64,000 bases of DNA from an uncultured delta proteobacterium (GCA_963767925.1 CAVYGB010000010.1:64001-128000), one strand, 5' to 3'. Positions 41,318-51,155 are shown, numbered from the stretch's first letter. A program made the numbers and translations. The notes: generated from the sequence alone by a model not told the origin.

Positions 41318-43356
41318 TTCGCCGCGGCGAGCGGCTCCCAGTCCTCCCAGTAGTTGTACAGATCGCGCGCCGTCATCATCCAGACCACGAGGCGCTTGTT
41401 CTTGAGCTCCTCGGTCCCCCGGCGCATCAGCTTGTGCCGGACGTTGGGCCCGCCGCCGTAGCTCATCACGAGATCGACCGGGTAGCCGAGGGCGCGGGCC
41501 AGGTGGGCCGACACGCCGGCGTGCTCGCAGTCGGTGAGCTGGTAGACGCCGGTGAAGCTGTCACCGAGGAGGACGATGGGGCTGCCGGCGTCGTCGTCGT
41601 AGGGCGCCCCGTCGGCGTTGAGGACCCGCAGCCCGGTCAGCGCCTCGGGCTTGAAGCGCTTCTTGTCCGCTTCGCGCAGGCGGGAGTGCAGATCCCCGTA
41701 GCGCGTGAAGGGGACCTCCAGGGTGGAGTAGCTGCGCGCGCGGGTGGCCAGCTCGGCGTACCAGGGGTAGCGCTTGATCCGGTCGGCCACCGCGGCGGCG
41801 GCCAGCTCCAGGCCGGCGCTGGTCCAGTGGGTGTCCTGGTGCTGGAAGATGGCCGGGCCGTCGCCCCGCCGGCGGGCCAGGAAAGGTGGCCACAGGTCCA
41901 CCACCTCCACCCCCGCCTCGGCCAGGGCGAGCAGCAGCTTGCGCGAGAAGGGGTTGACCAGCTTCCCGGCCAGGGCGGCGTTGGCCGGGTCGAGCTTGTC
42001 CGGATAGACCTCGACCTTGTCCGGGACGGGCACGAACAGGAAGTCGACCCCCTGCTTGGCGAGGAAGTTCTTCCACTCGACGATGACCGAGAGGGGGCTC
42101 TTCTTGCGCGGCTGCCGCTCGAGGTCGCCGCCCACCGCGTATTCGAGCGAGGCCCGGTAAAACAGGTAGCCGTCCTGGCCGGGCAGTCCCTTGATGGCGG
42201 GGGGCGCCGAGCGCAGGTGCTTGCGCACGACGGTGGCGAAGGGCAGCACCCGCTTGCGCCAGCTCTCCCAGGAGCCGCCGCCCACCTCCTTGACCTCGCG
42301 CCGGATCGCCTCCGCCACCCGCCCGGGGTCGGCGCTGGTGCGCCCGGGGCTGAGGCGAAGGGCGGCCGTCGACGAGGAAGCGGCGGTCGCCTTGGGGCCG
42401 ATCCCCTTGACCAGGAAGACGTTGTAGACCGCCCGGCCCTCGGGCTTGCCTCGCATCACCACGGTCGGCGCCTCGACGCTGTAGTCGCCGAGCGAGCCCC
42501 GTACCTCCGCCTCGGTCTGATCGTCGGGCCAGCGCGGGCCCGACCCGGCGAGGTCGGTGTTGTACGAGGGGTACCAGTAAGAGGCGAGCTTGTGGGCCCA
42601 GGCGTGCACCTCGGCCGGGGCCAGCGGCTTGCCCGCGTAGTCGTCGAGGAGCAGGGCGGCCGCGGCGGCCGGGAAGAGATCCGGGCGGGCCCGGCCGTAG
42701 ATCTCGGCGTAGCCATCGCCGTCCTCGTCGGGCAGCTCGGAGAGCCCTTGCCACCAGGGGGCAAACTCGACCTTGACCCAGAGCTGGCGGGGCTGGCCGC
42801 CCCCCGGATCGTGCAGGTAGACCTCGCTGGCCTGCTGGCGGGGCAGCGGCGGCCCGGCGCCCAGCCCCCAGCTCTCCTCGCGGACGGCCGAGGAGATCTC
42901 CTCGACCCCCTCGGCCAGCTTGGCGTTCTTCTCGGCCAGCCACTGGGCCAGGGGCGCCAGGGCCATCGGGCGGGCGCGCTCGCCGTCCGAGAGGGGCGTC
43001 TTGCGGATCGACCCGGTCAAGGTGGCCGGATCGAGCACGCCCCGGAACAGCTCGCTCGGGCTGATGCGCGGCCGGCCCGGGGCGGCCTCCCCCTCGGGGG
43101 CCGGCTCGGCGATGAGGAAGTTGGCGTGGTAGGCGGCGAAGTCGAGGTTGGCCCGGGTGGGCCGATCGATCTCGCGCACCAGCACCTGGGCGTCGACCCG
43201 CCGGTAGCGGGGGCTCACGGTGCGCACCTCCGCGTGCCGCGCCGGCACCACCTCGCCCCCGCTGGACCAGGGCGACCGGGCGGCCCCCGAGGCGCAGGCC
43301 AGGCCCGCGATGCCGATGCTGAACCCGAGGAAGATGCGGCTGTTCATGCTGTCCAT
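41314..43356 (-). CDS. Lipoprotein with AlgX/AlgJ SGNH-like O-acetyltransferase domain
   Basis: Lipobox GLAC; GQDGYLF, VPVPDK..YP, DTHWT..G, LLGDSF. Confidence 0.82.
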   Translation of the reverse strand: MDSMNSRIFLGFSIGIAGLACASGAARSPWSSGGEVVPARHAEVRTVSPRYRRVDAQVLVREIDRPTRANLDFAAYHANFLIAEPAPEGEAAPGRPRISPSELFRGVLDPATLTGSIRKTPLSDGERARPMALAPLAQWLAEKNAKLAEGVEEISSAVREESWGLGAGPPLPRQQASEVYLHDPGGGQPRQLWVKVEFAPWWQGLSELPDEDGDGYAEIYGRARPDLFPAAAAALLLDDYAGKPLAPAEVHAWAHKLASYWYPSYNTDLAGSGPRWPDDQTEAEVRGSLGDYSVEAPTVVMRGKPEGRAVYNVFLVKGIGPKATAASSSTAALRLSPGRTSADPGRVAEAIRREVKEVGGGSWESWRKRVLPFATVVRKHLRSAPPAIKGLPGQDGYLFYRASLEYAVGGDLERQPRKKSPLSVIVEWKNFLAKQGVDFLFVPVPDKVEVYPDKLDPANAALAGKLVNPFSRKLLLALAEAGVEVVDLWPPFLARRRGDGPAIFQHQDTHWTSAGLELAAAAVADRIKRYPWYAELATRARSYSTLEVPFTRYGDLHSRLREADKKRFKPEALTGLRVLNADGAPYDDDAGSPIVLLGDSFTGVYQLTDCEHAGVSAHLARALGYPVDLVMSYGGGPNVRHKLMRRGTEELKNKRLVVWMMTARDLYNYWEDWEPLAAAK

Positions 43357-43383
43357 GGAGACCTCGTTCGATGGGCCCGCGCC

Positions 43384-44136
43384 TCAGGCGCGGGCGGGAA
43401 GATCCTCGGGAGCGACCGGCCCCCGGTAGTCGCCGCGCCGATAGCGCCAGAGGACGCGCAGGACGCGCAGCCCGTAGCGCAGCGGGCGCAGGTGGGAGAC
43501 CTCGTCGCCGTAGTGGGTGGGGATCGGCGCCTCGCCGACCCGCAGGCCGGCGGCGCGGGCCGAGGCGATGACCTCCAGGTCGAAGTCGAAGCTGTCCGAC
43601 AGCTCGGGAAAGCGAATCCGCGCCAGCGCACGGGGGCCGTATACCAGATAACCGCTGTGGTAGTCGCTGAGGTGCAGCCCGAAGGTGAGGTTCTCGAGCC
43701 GGTTGAGCCCGGCGTTGGCCAGGTACTTGTAGAGCGGCATGCCCCCGGACAGGGCGGTGCCCGAAGCGATGCGCGATCCCTGCAGCAGGTCGAGCCCCCT
43801 GCCCTGCAGCTCGCGCAGCAGCCGGCCGAGCACCTCGGGGCTGTACTGGCCGTCGGCGTGCACGCCGGCCACCGTGCTGGCGCCGGCGGCCAGGGCGGCG
43901 GCCAGCCCGTCTTTCATGGCGGCGCCGTAGCCCCCGTTGCGAGGGCGGCGGATCAGGCGGAGGCGCGGCTCGACGGCGGCGAGCCGGGCGGCCACCGCGG
44001 CGGTGTCGTCGCCGCTGCCGTCATCGACGACGATGATCCCGCCCAGCTCCGGGGGGGCCGTTCGTACCAGGCGGTCGATCACGCCGGGCAGGTGGCGGGA
44101 GGCCTGATAGGCCGGGACCACCACCTGCAGGCTCAC
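43384..44136 (-). CDS. GT2 glycosyltransferase (DPM/ArnC-like)
   Basis: VVPAY, VDDGSGD, NGGYGAA, HADGQY, GSR, SDYHSGY, FDFDLE, PIPTHYG; GTGA overlap with the upstream gene. Confidence 0.9.
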   Translation of the reverse strand: MSLQVVVPAYQASRHLPGVIDRLVRTAPPELGGIIVVDDGSGDDTAAVAARLAAVEPRLRLIRRPRNGGYGAAMKDGLAAALAAGASTVAGVHADGQYSPEVLGRLLRELQGRGLDLLQGSRIASGTALSGGMPLYKYLANAGLNRLENLTFGLHLSDYHSGYLVYGPRALARIRFPELSDSFDFDLEVIASARAAGLRVGEAPIPTHYGDEVSHLRPLRYGLRVLRVLWRYRRGDYRGPVAPEDLPARA

Positions 44137-45257
44137 GCCCCGCTCCCGCCACCGCCCCCCAGCGCCGCCCGGGCGGCGGCGGCGGCGATCTCGGGACCGT
44201 AGCGGGCCCGGTAGTCGGCCACGATGGGCGGCAACATCTTCGCCAGCGGGGTGTGGGGGGTCCAGCCGAGCAGCCGTTGCGCCTTGTCGATGTCGGGGAT
44301 CCGCTCGTCGCAGTCGTCGTAGCCGGCCCCGTAGAACTCCTCCGCCGTCACCTCCCGGGTGTGCACGCGCGCCTCCGGGACCTGCTGCTGATAGGCCCGC
44401 CCGATCTGGTCGGCCAGCTCGGCGATGCTGAGGTCGTTGGCCGGATTGCCGAGGTTGAAGATCTCGCCCCGGCAGGCGGCCGGCCGCTCGAGGATGCCGA
44501 CCACCGCCTCGACGAAGTCCTCGATGGCCACGAAGGAACGGCGCTGCCGTCCCCCCTCCACGAGGGCCAGGTCTTCCCCCCGCAGCAGGGCCGACATGAA
44601 CGCCGCCAGCACCCGGGGGATCCCCTCGCCGTCGATGTCGGGGACGAAGTCCATGCGCGGCCCGATCACGTTGAAGGGGCGGACGATGGTGAAGGGGAGG
44701 CCGTGGTGACGCCCGCTGGCGAAGATCACCCGCTCGAGGAGCTGCTTGGCGCAGGCGTAGGTCCAGCGCTCCCGGTGCACGGGGCCCAGCCAGAGGGCGC
44801 TGTCCTCCTCGTTCATGCGGGCCATCGGCCGCCCCTCGCCGTCGAGGGCCGCCCGCCCGTAGACCTCGCAGGTGGAGAAGTGGACGAGCCAGCGCTCCCG
44901 TTCGGTGCACAGGCGCACGAGCGGCACGAGGTCGGTGTAGCTGGCGTCGATCACCTCGAGCGGGCGCGTGTTGTAGAGCGAGGGGTTGCACAGGGCGGTC
45001 AGCGACACGACGGCGTCACAGCCCTCGACGACCTCCTCGATCAAGCCCGGCTTGTCGAGGCGGGCCTGGATGCGCCGGACCCGCCCGTCGGTGGGGGCCA
45101 GCTTGGTGAAGGAGACGTCGACCGCCCAGACCTCGCGGTCGGGCCGGGCCAGCAGCGCCGGCACCAGGTGAGACCCGATGAACCCACCCGCCCCCAGCAC
45201 CGCGACCCGGGTGGGGCGAGCGGGCGGCCGCCCCGAAAACGTTCGCGGAGTGCTCAT
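44133..45257 (-). CDS. UDP-D-apiose/UDP-D-xylose synthase (plant AXS/UAS-like SDR)
   Basis: GAGGFIGSHL, ALCNPSLYNTRPL, HFSTCEVYG, RWTYACAKQLLER, FTIVRPFN.IGPRMDF.P, PRVLA, FNLGNP.N, EFYG.GYDD.D.RIPD. Confidence 0.85.
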   Translation of the reverse strand: MSTPRTFSGRPPARPTRVAVLGAGGFIGSHLVPALLARPDREVWAVDVSFTKLAPTDGRVRRIQARLDKPGLIEEVVEGCDAVVSLTALCNPSLYNTRPLEVIDASYTDLVPLVRLCTERERWLVHFSTCEVYGRAALDGEGRPMARMNEEDSALWLGPVHRERWTYACAKQLLERVIFASGRHHGLPFTIVRPFNVIGPRMDFVPDIDGEGIPRVLAAFMSALLRGEDLALVEGGRQRRSFVAIEDFVEAVVGILERPAACRGEIFNLGNPANDLSIAELADQIGRAYQQQVPEARVHTREVTAEEFYGAGYDDCDERIPDIDKAQRLLGWTPHTPLAKMLPPIVADYRARYGPEIAAAAARAALGGGGGSGA

Positions 45258-45291
45258 CGGGCTGCCACCGGGGTGCTGCTTTCGGCGACGA

Positions 45292-46344
45292 TCAGGGCGC
45301 GCTGGCCGCGGCCCGCGCGCCACCGCCCGGCACGAAGATGTCGGGCCAGCGGTCGTTGCCAGAGTGAAAGGTCAGGCGGGCGGCCTGATCGGCCGGGCTG
45401 CCCACCTGCCACAGGTAGATCTCGTAGTCGGCGATGTCGTGATCGTGCCCGCGCTGGGTGGCAGCCCAGACCAGGAATCCGCCGTCGTCCGACAGCTCCG
45501 GGAAATATTCGTGCGATCGGCGCCCGGGCAGGTCGATGAAGGTCTTCTGGTCGTCGGGCACCTCGCCGGCGAGCCGGGAACCCTTGGTCTCGGCGCGGAA
45601 GACGCGGCTGCCGCCGTTGCCGGTGGGGTGGACCCAGTAGACCGAGCGGCCGTCGGGGGTCCAGTTGATCTGGCAGCCGTCGCCGGTGCGGGTCCAGGTG
45701 CCGCCGGCCACGTCCCAGATGCCGGTCTCGCGCTTGGAGCCGCGCAGGGTGATGGCGATGAACTTGCCGTCGCGGGACATCTGCGGCTGCTGCAGCAAGG
45801 CCCCCTCGAGATCGGACACCTTCTCGCTGTCGACGAGGACGGTCTCCTCGCTGCCGCCCAGCTTCTTGCGGTAGACGCGGGTGCTGCGCACGAAGAGGAT
45901 CTCTTCGCCCGAGACCCAGGTCCCCCAGCTCGCGTTCTCCACCGCCGGCTGCGCCTCGCCACCTTCGGCCGGCATGAGGTACAGGTCCCACTTGCCGTCG
46001 GCGTTGGCGTCGCGCTCGCTGACCCAGCCCTTCTTGCTGCGCACGAAGAGGATCTGCTTTCCGTCGGGTGAATAGCGAGGGAACCAGTCGACCGGATCGC
46101 CCTTCGTGAGCTGCTCGAGGTTGCCCCCGTCGGTGTCCATGGCGAACAGGTCGTGGTTGCCCAGCCGCGAGCTGGACCAGACGATGCGGCCCTTCACCTT
46201 GGCGCCCACCGCCTTGATCTTGGCCGCCTCGGCCGCGTCGATCTGGGCGCCGCTGCCGGTGGGGGCGGCCCCTCCGACCGCGGCACAGCCGGCCAGCAGC
46301 GCCAGCAAGGTCCAGGGGAGAAAGAAATTCATCTTGGCTTTCAT
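45292..46344 (-). CDS. TolB-like (PD40) beta-propeller lipoprotein
   Basis: Lipobox LAGC; WSSSR.GN.DLF, PRYSPDGK, RLTFHSGNDRWPD. Confidence 0.85.
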   Translation of the reverse strand: MKAKMNFFLPWTLLALLAGCAAVGGAAPTGSGAQIDAAEAAKIKAVGAKVKGRIVWSSSRLGNHDLFAMDTDGGNLEQLTKGDPVDWFPRYSPDGKQILFVRSKKGWVSERDANADGKWDLYLMPAEGGEAQPAVENASWGTWVSGEEILFVRSTRVYRKKLGGSEETVLVDSEKVSDLEGALLQQPQMSRDGKFIAITLRGSKRETGIWDVAGGTWTRTGDGCQINWTPDGRSVYWVHPTGNGGSRVFRAETKGSRLAGEVPDDQKTFIDLPGRRSHEYFPELSDDGGFLVWAATQRGHDHDIADYEIYLWQVGSPADQAARLTFHSGNDRWPDIFVPGGGARAAASAP

Positions 46345-47294
46345 GACACCAGCTCCTGCCGCTCCGGGCGGCTCGCGAGGGTTGTTGCGGGGAGAGGGAA
46401 GCAGCGAGCCAGACCCTCCCGGACGCCCAGGGGAAGATAGCCGAGATCGCGGCTGGCCTCATCCGGGGGTAGATCGGCGTCGTGGACCATGCCGGCGATC
46501 GCCTGCAGGGTCAGCGGGGGATCGCGCATCAGCAGGCCGAGGCCCAGCGCGGCCGCCTGGCACAGGCGCACCGGCAGGTGCACGAAGGCCTTGCGCTGGC
46601 CGCGGCGGGCGAGCAGCAGCTCGGCCAGCTCGCGGATGGTCACCGCCTCGCCGCCGCTGAAGTTGTAGGTCTTGCCCCGGCTGCGGGGGTTGCCGGCGAT
46701 GCGGGCCAGTCCGTCCACGATGTCCTGAGCCCAGACCGGGCGCTTGCGGGCAAGGCCGTCGCCGATGAACGGCACCACCGGAAAGCGCTCGAGATAGCGC
46801 CAGAACAGCAGCAGCTCCTGGCCCCCGCCCTCGTCGTAGACCAGGGTCGGCCGCACGATGGTGTGGGCCATCCCGCCCTGGCCCTTGACCAGCGCCTCGC
46901 CCGCCAGCTTCGACTGCCCGTAGCGGGTCAGGCTGGGGTAGGTCACCGAGGCCGAGGAGACGTAGACGAAGTGGTCCACCCCGGCGCGCGCCGCCTCCGC
47001 CACCATGCGCGCGGTCCCCAGCCGGTTGATGCGGTCGAAGGCGCCGGGATCGGGCGAGAGGATGATGGCGGCGAGGTGGAACACGGTGGACACGCCGTCG
47101 AGCAGCCCGACCAGCGACGCGGGATCGGCCAGGTCCCCCTCGCGAATGTCGCAGGGCAGCCCCTGGAGGCGCGCCCGAAAGGGATCGCCCGGCTGCACGA
47201 GCGCCCGCACCGTCCAGCCCGTCTCCACCAGCGTTCGTACCAGCCGCGACCCCAGGACACCGCTGGCGCCCGACACGAAGACGACGCGTTTCAC
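46341..47294 (-). CDS. Atypical/extended SDR NAD(P)-dependent epimerase/dehydratase
   Basis: VSGASGVLG, HLAA, YVSS, YGQSK, IVRPT.VY; ATGA overlap with the TolB-like gene. Confidence 0.88.
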   Translation of the reverse strand: MKRVVFVSGASGVLGSRLVRTLVETGWTVRALVQPGDPFRARLQGLPCDIREGDLADPASLVGLLDGVSTVFHLAAIILSPDPGAFDRINRLGTARMVAEAARAGVDHFVYVSSASVTYPSLTRYGQSKLAGEALVKGQGGMAHTIVRPTLVYDEGGGQELLLFWRYLERFPVVPFIGDGLARKRPVWAQDIVDGLARIAGNPRSRGKTYNFSGGEAVTIRELAELLLARRGQRKAFVHLPVRLCQAAALGLGLLMRDPPLTLQAIAGMVHDADLPPDEASRDLGYLPLGVREGLARCFPLPATTLASRPERQELVS

Positions 47295-47484
47295 TGAGGC
47301 GGGGACGCTAGCAAAAGCGATCCGGGCCAGCAAGCTGCGACGCGGAGCGGGCCCCGCCAGCGCGGCGCCCTCCGCCGCGCGTCAGTCCTTTACCTATCTT
47401 TTTCAGTGCGCCGCTTGGCCTGGAACGATTGCGTAGGTAGCCTGGGGCCTCTCGCGCCAGGCCCCGGCGGCGAGCCGTAACATC

Positions 47485-48582
47485 ATGCGTACGCGCTTCG
47501 CGTTTCCCAAAGTCGGTGGCCATCTGGCCGGGCTCGGCCTGCTGGCCGCGCTCGGCGTGGCCGCCGGAGGAGTCCTGGCGCTCGATCGCGGTGCCGAGGC
47601 GCACCGCCTGGGTGCAAGGGTCGATCGTCTCGCCCGCCTGACGGCCGCAGGCCTCCCCGCCGCTACCTGCCTTCCTGGCTCGCTGGCGGGGGCGATGCCG
47701 GCCAGCCCGGGCGCGCCGCTGCTGGCCGCCTGGCAGAGCGTCGCCGGCTGCGGGGCCAGCTCGGCGACGGGCGGCGGCGGTGGCGTCAAGTGGATCGGCC
47801 GCAGCGTGACCGGCGGGCTGTTCGGCGTGCAGTGCCAGGCGAGCTACAGCCCGCTGCTCGCGGTGCGCGACAAGATCGAGCACCACTTCGTGGTCAACAC
47901 CCTCATCACGACCGAGATCACCGACCGGGTGAGCCTGGGGATCAACATCCCCCTCGTCTACAAGTACCTGCGCGACCCGTATCAGCTCGACATCGATCTC
48001 TCGAACAGCGGCCTCGGCGACACCTCTATCCAGGTGACCCGCCAGCTCGGCCCCATCGGCGCCACCGCCCTCACTGCCACCGTCGGCGTCCCGACGGGCA
48101 AGTGGGACACCACCTACCGCAACTCGCCCATGCCGCAGCATCAGCAACTCGGCTTCGGCAAGGCGACCGGGTCGCTCACCCTGGATCACACGATGGATCA
48201 AACCTGGGGGCTGGTCGTGCTGGGCGGCCTCGGCTCCTGGCGGGGCGGGCAGAACCACTGGGAGAGCTACCGGGCCCCCAGCGCCACCGCCTACACCTAC
48301 GCCGGGCTGTACCTGGGGTCCTTCGTGCCCTCGGTGGGGTTCACCACCACGGGCTTTCTCGGGCACGACCGCGACCGTTCCCAGCCCGAAAACAGCGGCA
48401 TCCTGGTGATGTCGGCCAACGCCTCGCTGGAGTGGTCGACCGACTGGATCGCGGTGCTGGCCGGGGTGTCGCTGCCCTATCAGTACGACGCGATCCTGCG
48501 CGACAGCGAGGGGTTCCCCAGGAACCCCTGGCGCTGGGGGCAGTGGGTGCTCGGCCTCGGCGTGACGGTTTCTCCGTTCTGA
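47485..48582 (+). CDS. Putative outer-membrane beta-barrel/transporter
   Basis: N-terminal hydrophobic segment, GLGD motif, PTG, beta-strand pattern, C-terminal Phe. Confidence 0.7.
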   Translation: MRTRFAFPKVGGHLAGLGLLAALGVAAGGVLALDRGAEAHRLGARVDRLARLTAAGLPAATCLPGSLAGAMPASPGAPLLAAWQSVAGCGASSATGGGGGVKWIGRSVTGGLFGVQCQASYSPLLAVRDKIEHHFVVNTLITTEITDRVSLGINIPLVYKYLRDPYQLDIDLSNSGLGDTSIQVTRQLGPIGATALTATVGVPTGKWDTTYRNSPMPQHQQLGFGKATGSLTLDHTMDQTWGLVVLGGLGSWRGGQNHWESYRAPSATAYTYAGLYLGSFVPSVGFTTTGFLGHDRDRSQPENSGILVMSANASLEWSTDWIAVLAGVSLPYQYDAILRDSEGFPRNPWRWGQWVLGLGVTVSPF

Positions 48583-48644
48583 GACCATTGCGTCTGACGA
48601 ATGTGGCCCCCCCGGCGCTCCAACAGCAAGCAGTGGAGAACACA

Positions 48645-49733
48645 ATGACTCGGGCTCGACGAACCTTCTGGCTTCCGGTCGCCTTCAGCTTGCTGGCTGG
48701 CGCCCTCTCCTGCGGCTTGCAGGAGCACCCCCAGGACACGCCCGACCCGGACCCTGGTGATCCCGGGTTCGGCCCCCTCGATCCGGGGCCACCGGCGCCC
48801 ACGCCAGCACCCGCTGCGCCGCCGACGTCGTCGATCGACCCCCCACCCGCGCCGCCGGCAGCACCGCCCTCCGCCCCCCCGGCACCCGGCGCCGGCCCCG
48901 CACCGTCCCCGGCGCCCGTCCCACCGGTGGTGAGCCCCCAGCCGACCGGGCCCGGCGTCACCATCAACGGGACCTTCGTGCCCAAGGACAAGGCCCTCGT
49001 CGTCATCCACTGGGGCCACTCGAACATGTACGGGCAGGCCGACTCGCCCTCGTCGCTGCGCCCCTTCTTCTACGACACCCAGCCGGGGCTCTGGTCGTAC
49101 CAGGGCAACAACCGCTTCCGGCTGGCCCGGGAGAAGACGGCGCCCGCGCCGGCCGGGGACAACAACGACAGCGCCGGTCCGGGCATGGCCATCTTGCGCA
49201 CCCTGGCCGCCGCCGCGCCGGCCAACGGCGGGTACCACGTCATCTCCATCGGTCGCGGGCGGGGCAGCGCCACAACCGAAGATTTCCTCAAGGGGGGGCT
49301 GTATTACTCGACCTTCATGAACCTGGCGGTGCAGCTCAAGGGGCGGGTGACCTTCGCCGGCATGTTCATCATGATGGGCATCACCGATCGCCACATGCCC
49401 ACCCGCGACCAGGGCGGCTTCGCCGACCGGATGACCCAGATCGTCGCCGACATCCGGACCGACCTCGGCGAGCCCAACCTCCCCGTCCTGCACACCGACT
49501 ACGAGGTAACGTCGACCGGGGAGCTCAGCGTCAACACCGAGTTCGCCCGGCGCATCCGGCCGCTCATGTTGTCCCTGCCCCAGCGGGTCGCCAACCTGGC
49601 GATCATCCCCTGCGACGACATCCCCCTCGAGGACGACCACCACTTCACCCTCGCCGGGCACAAGCTGTGGGCCGAGCGGGGGGTAGAGATCCTGCGCACC
49701 CGCGGCTGGCTGCCCTGGTCGGCCAACCGCTGA
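48645..49733 (+). CDS. Lipoprotein: Pro-rich linker plus SASA/CE6-type O-acetylesterase
   Basis: Lipobox ALSC; Pro-rich stalk; GHSNMYG, AGPG, DDHHF. Confidence 0.78.
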   Translation: MTRARRTFWLPVAFSLLAGALSCGLQEHPQDTPDPDPGDPGFGPLDPGPPAPTPAPAAPPTSSIDPPPAPPAAPPSAPPAPGAGPAPSPAPVPPVVSPQPTGPGVTINGTFVPKDKALVVIHWGHSNMYGQADSPSSLRPFFYDTQPGLWSYQGNNRFRLAREKTAPAPAGDNNDSAGPGMAILRTLAAAAPANGGYHVISIGRGRGSATTEDFLKGGLYYSTFMNLAVQLKGRVTFAGMFIMMGITDRHMPTRDQGGFADRMTQIVADIRTDLGEPNLPVLHTDYEVTSTGELSVNTEFARRIRPLMLSLPQRVANLAIIPCDDIPLEDDHHFTLAGHKLWAERGVEILRTRGWLPWSANR

Positions 49734-49754
49734 TCGCCGCTCGTCAGCGCGGCG

Positions 49755-51143
49755 TCACAGCCGCTGCTCGACGTTGAGGTTGAACAGCGTGATCCACTGG
49801 GTGTAGCGCCCACCGCCGTCGGCGCGGCGGGTGGGAGGGGCGGCGTCGCTGAGCTGGCTCTTGCCCCGGTTGTCCCGGGGGAGAAAGTGGAGGTAGCTCA
49901 GCGAGGTCGAGAGCAGCAGGCGGTCGGTCACGGCGAAGCGAACGCCGAGCGCGCCGCTGGCGCTGGGGGCATCGGCCAGCGAGGGGTCGAGGGTCTCGTC
50001 GGGGGTGGCGGCCGTCTCGGCGCCGCCGCCCAGGAACAGCTCGATCCGGGGGCGGGCCCACCAGCTCGCGCCCGCCCGGGCCCCGTAGGTGTCGTTCCAG
50101 CGCCGCCGCAGGTTTTGCAGCACGCCGCTGCCGGCGCTGGCGTCGGCGCCGCTGGCGTCGACCAGGCAGGCCTGGCCGGTCAGGCCCGCGCACTGGGTCT
50201 GCATCACGCTCCAGCGGGTCAGGTCGCCCGACAGCCGCAGCTCCAGCCGGGGGTGAGGGCGGGCGCGCAGGCCCAGCCGGACCACGTCGGGGAGGGCCTG
50301 CACCAGCGTGACCGGGAAGGGGGTCTCCCCGCCCTGGTATTCGGTGGTCAAGGTGCCAGTGAGCCGCATGGGGCCGAGCCCGGGCTGCGCCTGGTAAGAC
50401 CCGGCCAGCCAGAGCCGATCCTGCACCGCCTCGAACATGGCGCCGGCCCCGAAGCTACCGTGCAGGCCCGCCACCTCGAGGGTGGCCCGCCCCTCGCGGG
50501 TGGTGTCGGGCGTCCCGTCACCGGTGAGCGTCTTGGCCTGGCGGGTGCGCATCGACGAGCGGATGAGGTTGCCGCTCGCCCCCAGCGACAGCCGCCCCAG
50601 CCGGTAGGCCAGCGCGACGGTGCCGTAGACGAAGGTGAGGCTGCCCTCGATGCCGTGCCAGCGCTGGACGCCGTCGGCGGCGAGGGGAAAGCTGGGGTGA
50701 TCGCGAAAGCGGTCGTTGCCGCTCCAGCGCGCCCGTCCCCCGAAGGGCACGCTGAGGGAGGCCCCGAGCGCCAGATCGCCCAGCGAGGTGGCCACCCCCA
50801 GCATCGGTCCGCCGAACAGGTTGAGCAGGCTGGCCCGCCCGTAGTTGGCCCCCTCCGTCCCGGCCGGCTCGGCCTCTCCGCCGGCCCCCGGCTCGTGGGT
50901 CCAGGTCGCCCGCCGCAGGGCGAGGGTCCCGTCGCCGTACAGCCGCGTGCCGCTCGCGAAGGCGATGCCGGCGGGGTTGTAGTAGAGGGCGGTGGGGTTC
51001 GTCGCGGTCACGTTGCCGTGTTCGCCGCCGAAGCGGGCCGCCGCGAACCCCGCTGCCTGGACCTGGCCCCCGCCCCCGGCCATCTCCGCCGCCAGAAAGA
51101 TCAGCGAGAGGGGCCGGAAAATGGACCGGAAGACCGTCGGCAA
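49755..51143 (-). CDS. OmpP1/FadL-family outer-membrane transporter (start uncertain, ORF open to 51257)
   Basis: AGF mature start, ALYYNPAG, SVPFG, LPD..RLG, WS, W.DT. Confidence 0.82.
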   Translation of the reverse strand: MPTVFRSIFRPLSLIFLAAEMAGGGGQVQAAGFAAARFGGEHGNVTATNPTALYYNPAGIAFASGTRLYGDGTLALRRATWTHEPGAGGEAEPAGTEGANYGRASLLNLFGGPMLGVATSLGDLALGASLSVPFGGRARWSGNDRFRDHPSFPLAADGVQRWHGIEGSLTFVYGTVALAYRLGRLSLGASGNLIRSSMRTRQAKTLTGDGTPDTTREGRATLEVAGLHGSFGAGAMFEAVQDRLWLAGSYQAQPGLGPMRLTGTLTTEYQGGETPFPVTLVQALPDVVRLGLRARPHPRLELRLSGDLTRWSVMQTQCAGLTGQACLVDASGADASAGSGVLQNLRRRWNDTYGARAGASWWARPRIELFLGGGAETAATPDETLDPSLADAPSASGALGVRFAVTDRLLLSTSLSYLHFLPRDNRGKSQLSDAAPPTRRADGGGRYTQWITLFNLNVEQRL

Positions 51144-51155
51144 GACAGCCCGGAA

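Noticed and set aside
44133..45257. arnA / L-Ara4N lipid A modification
   Set aside because: No formyltransferase domain, no arnB/arnD nearby, and STCEVYG matches AXS.
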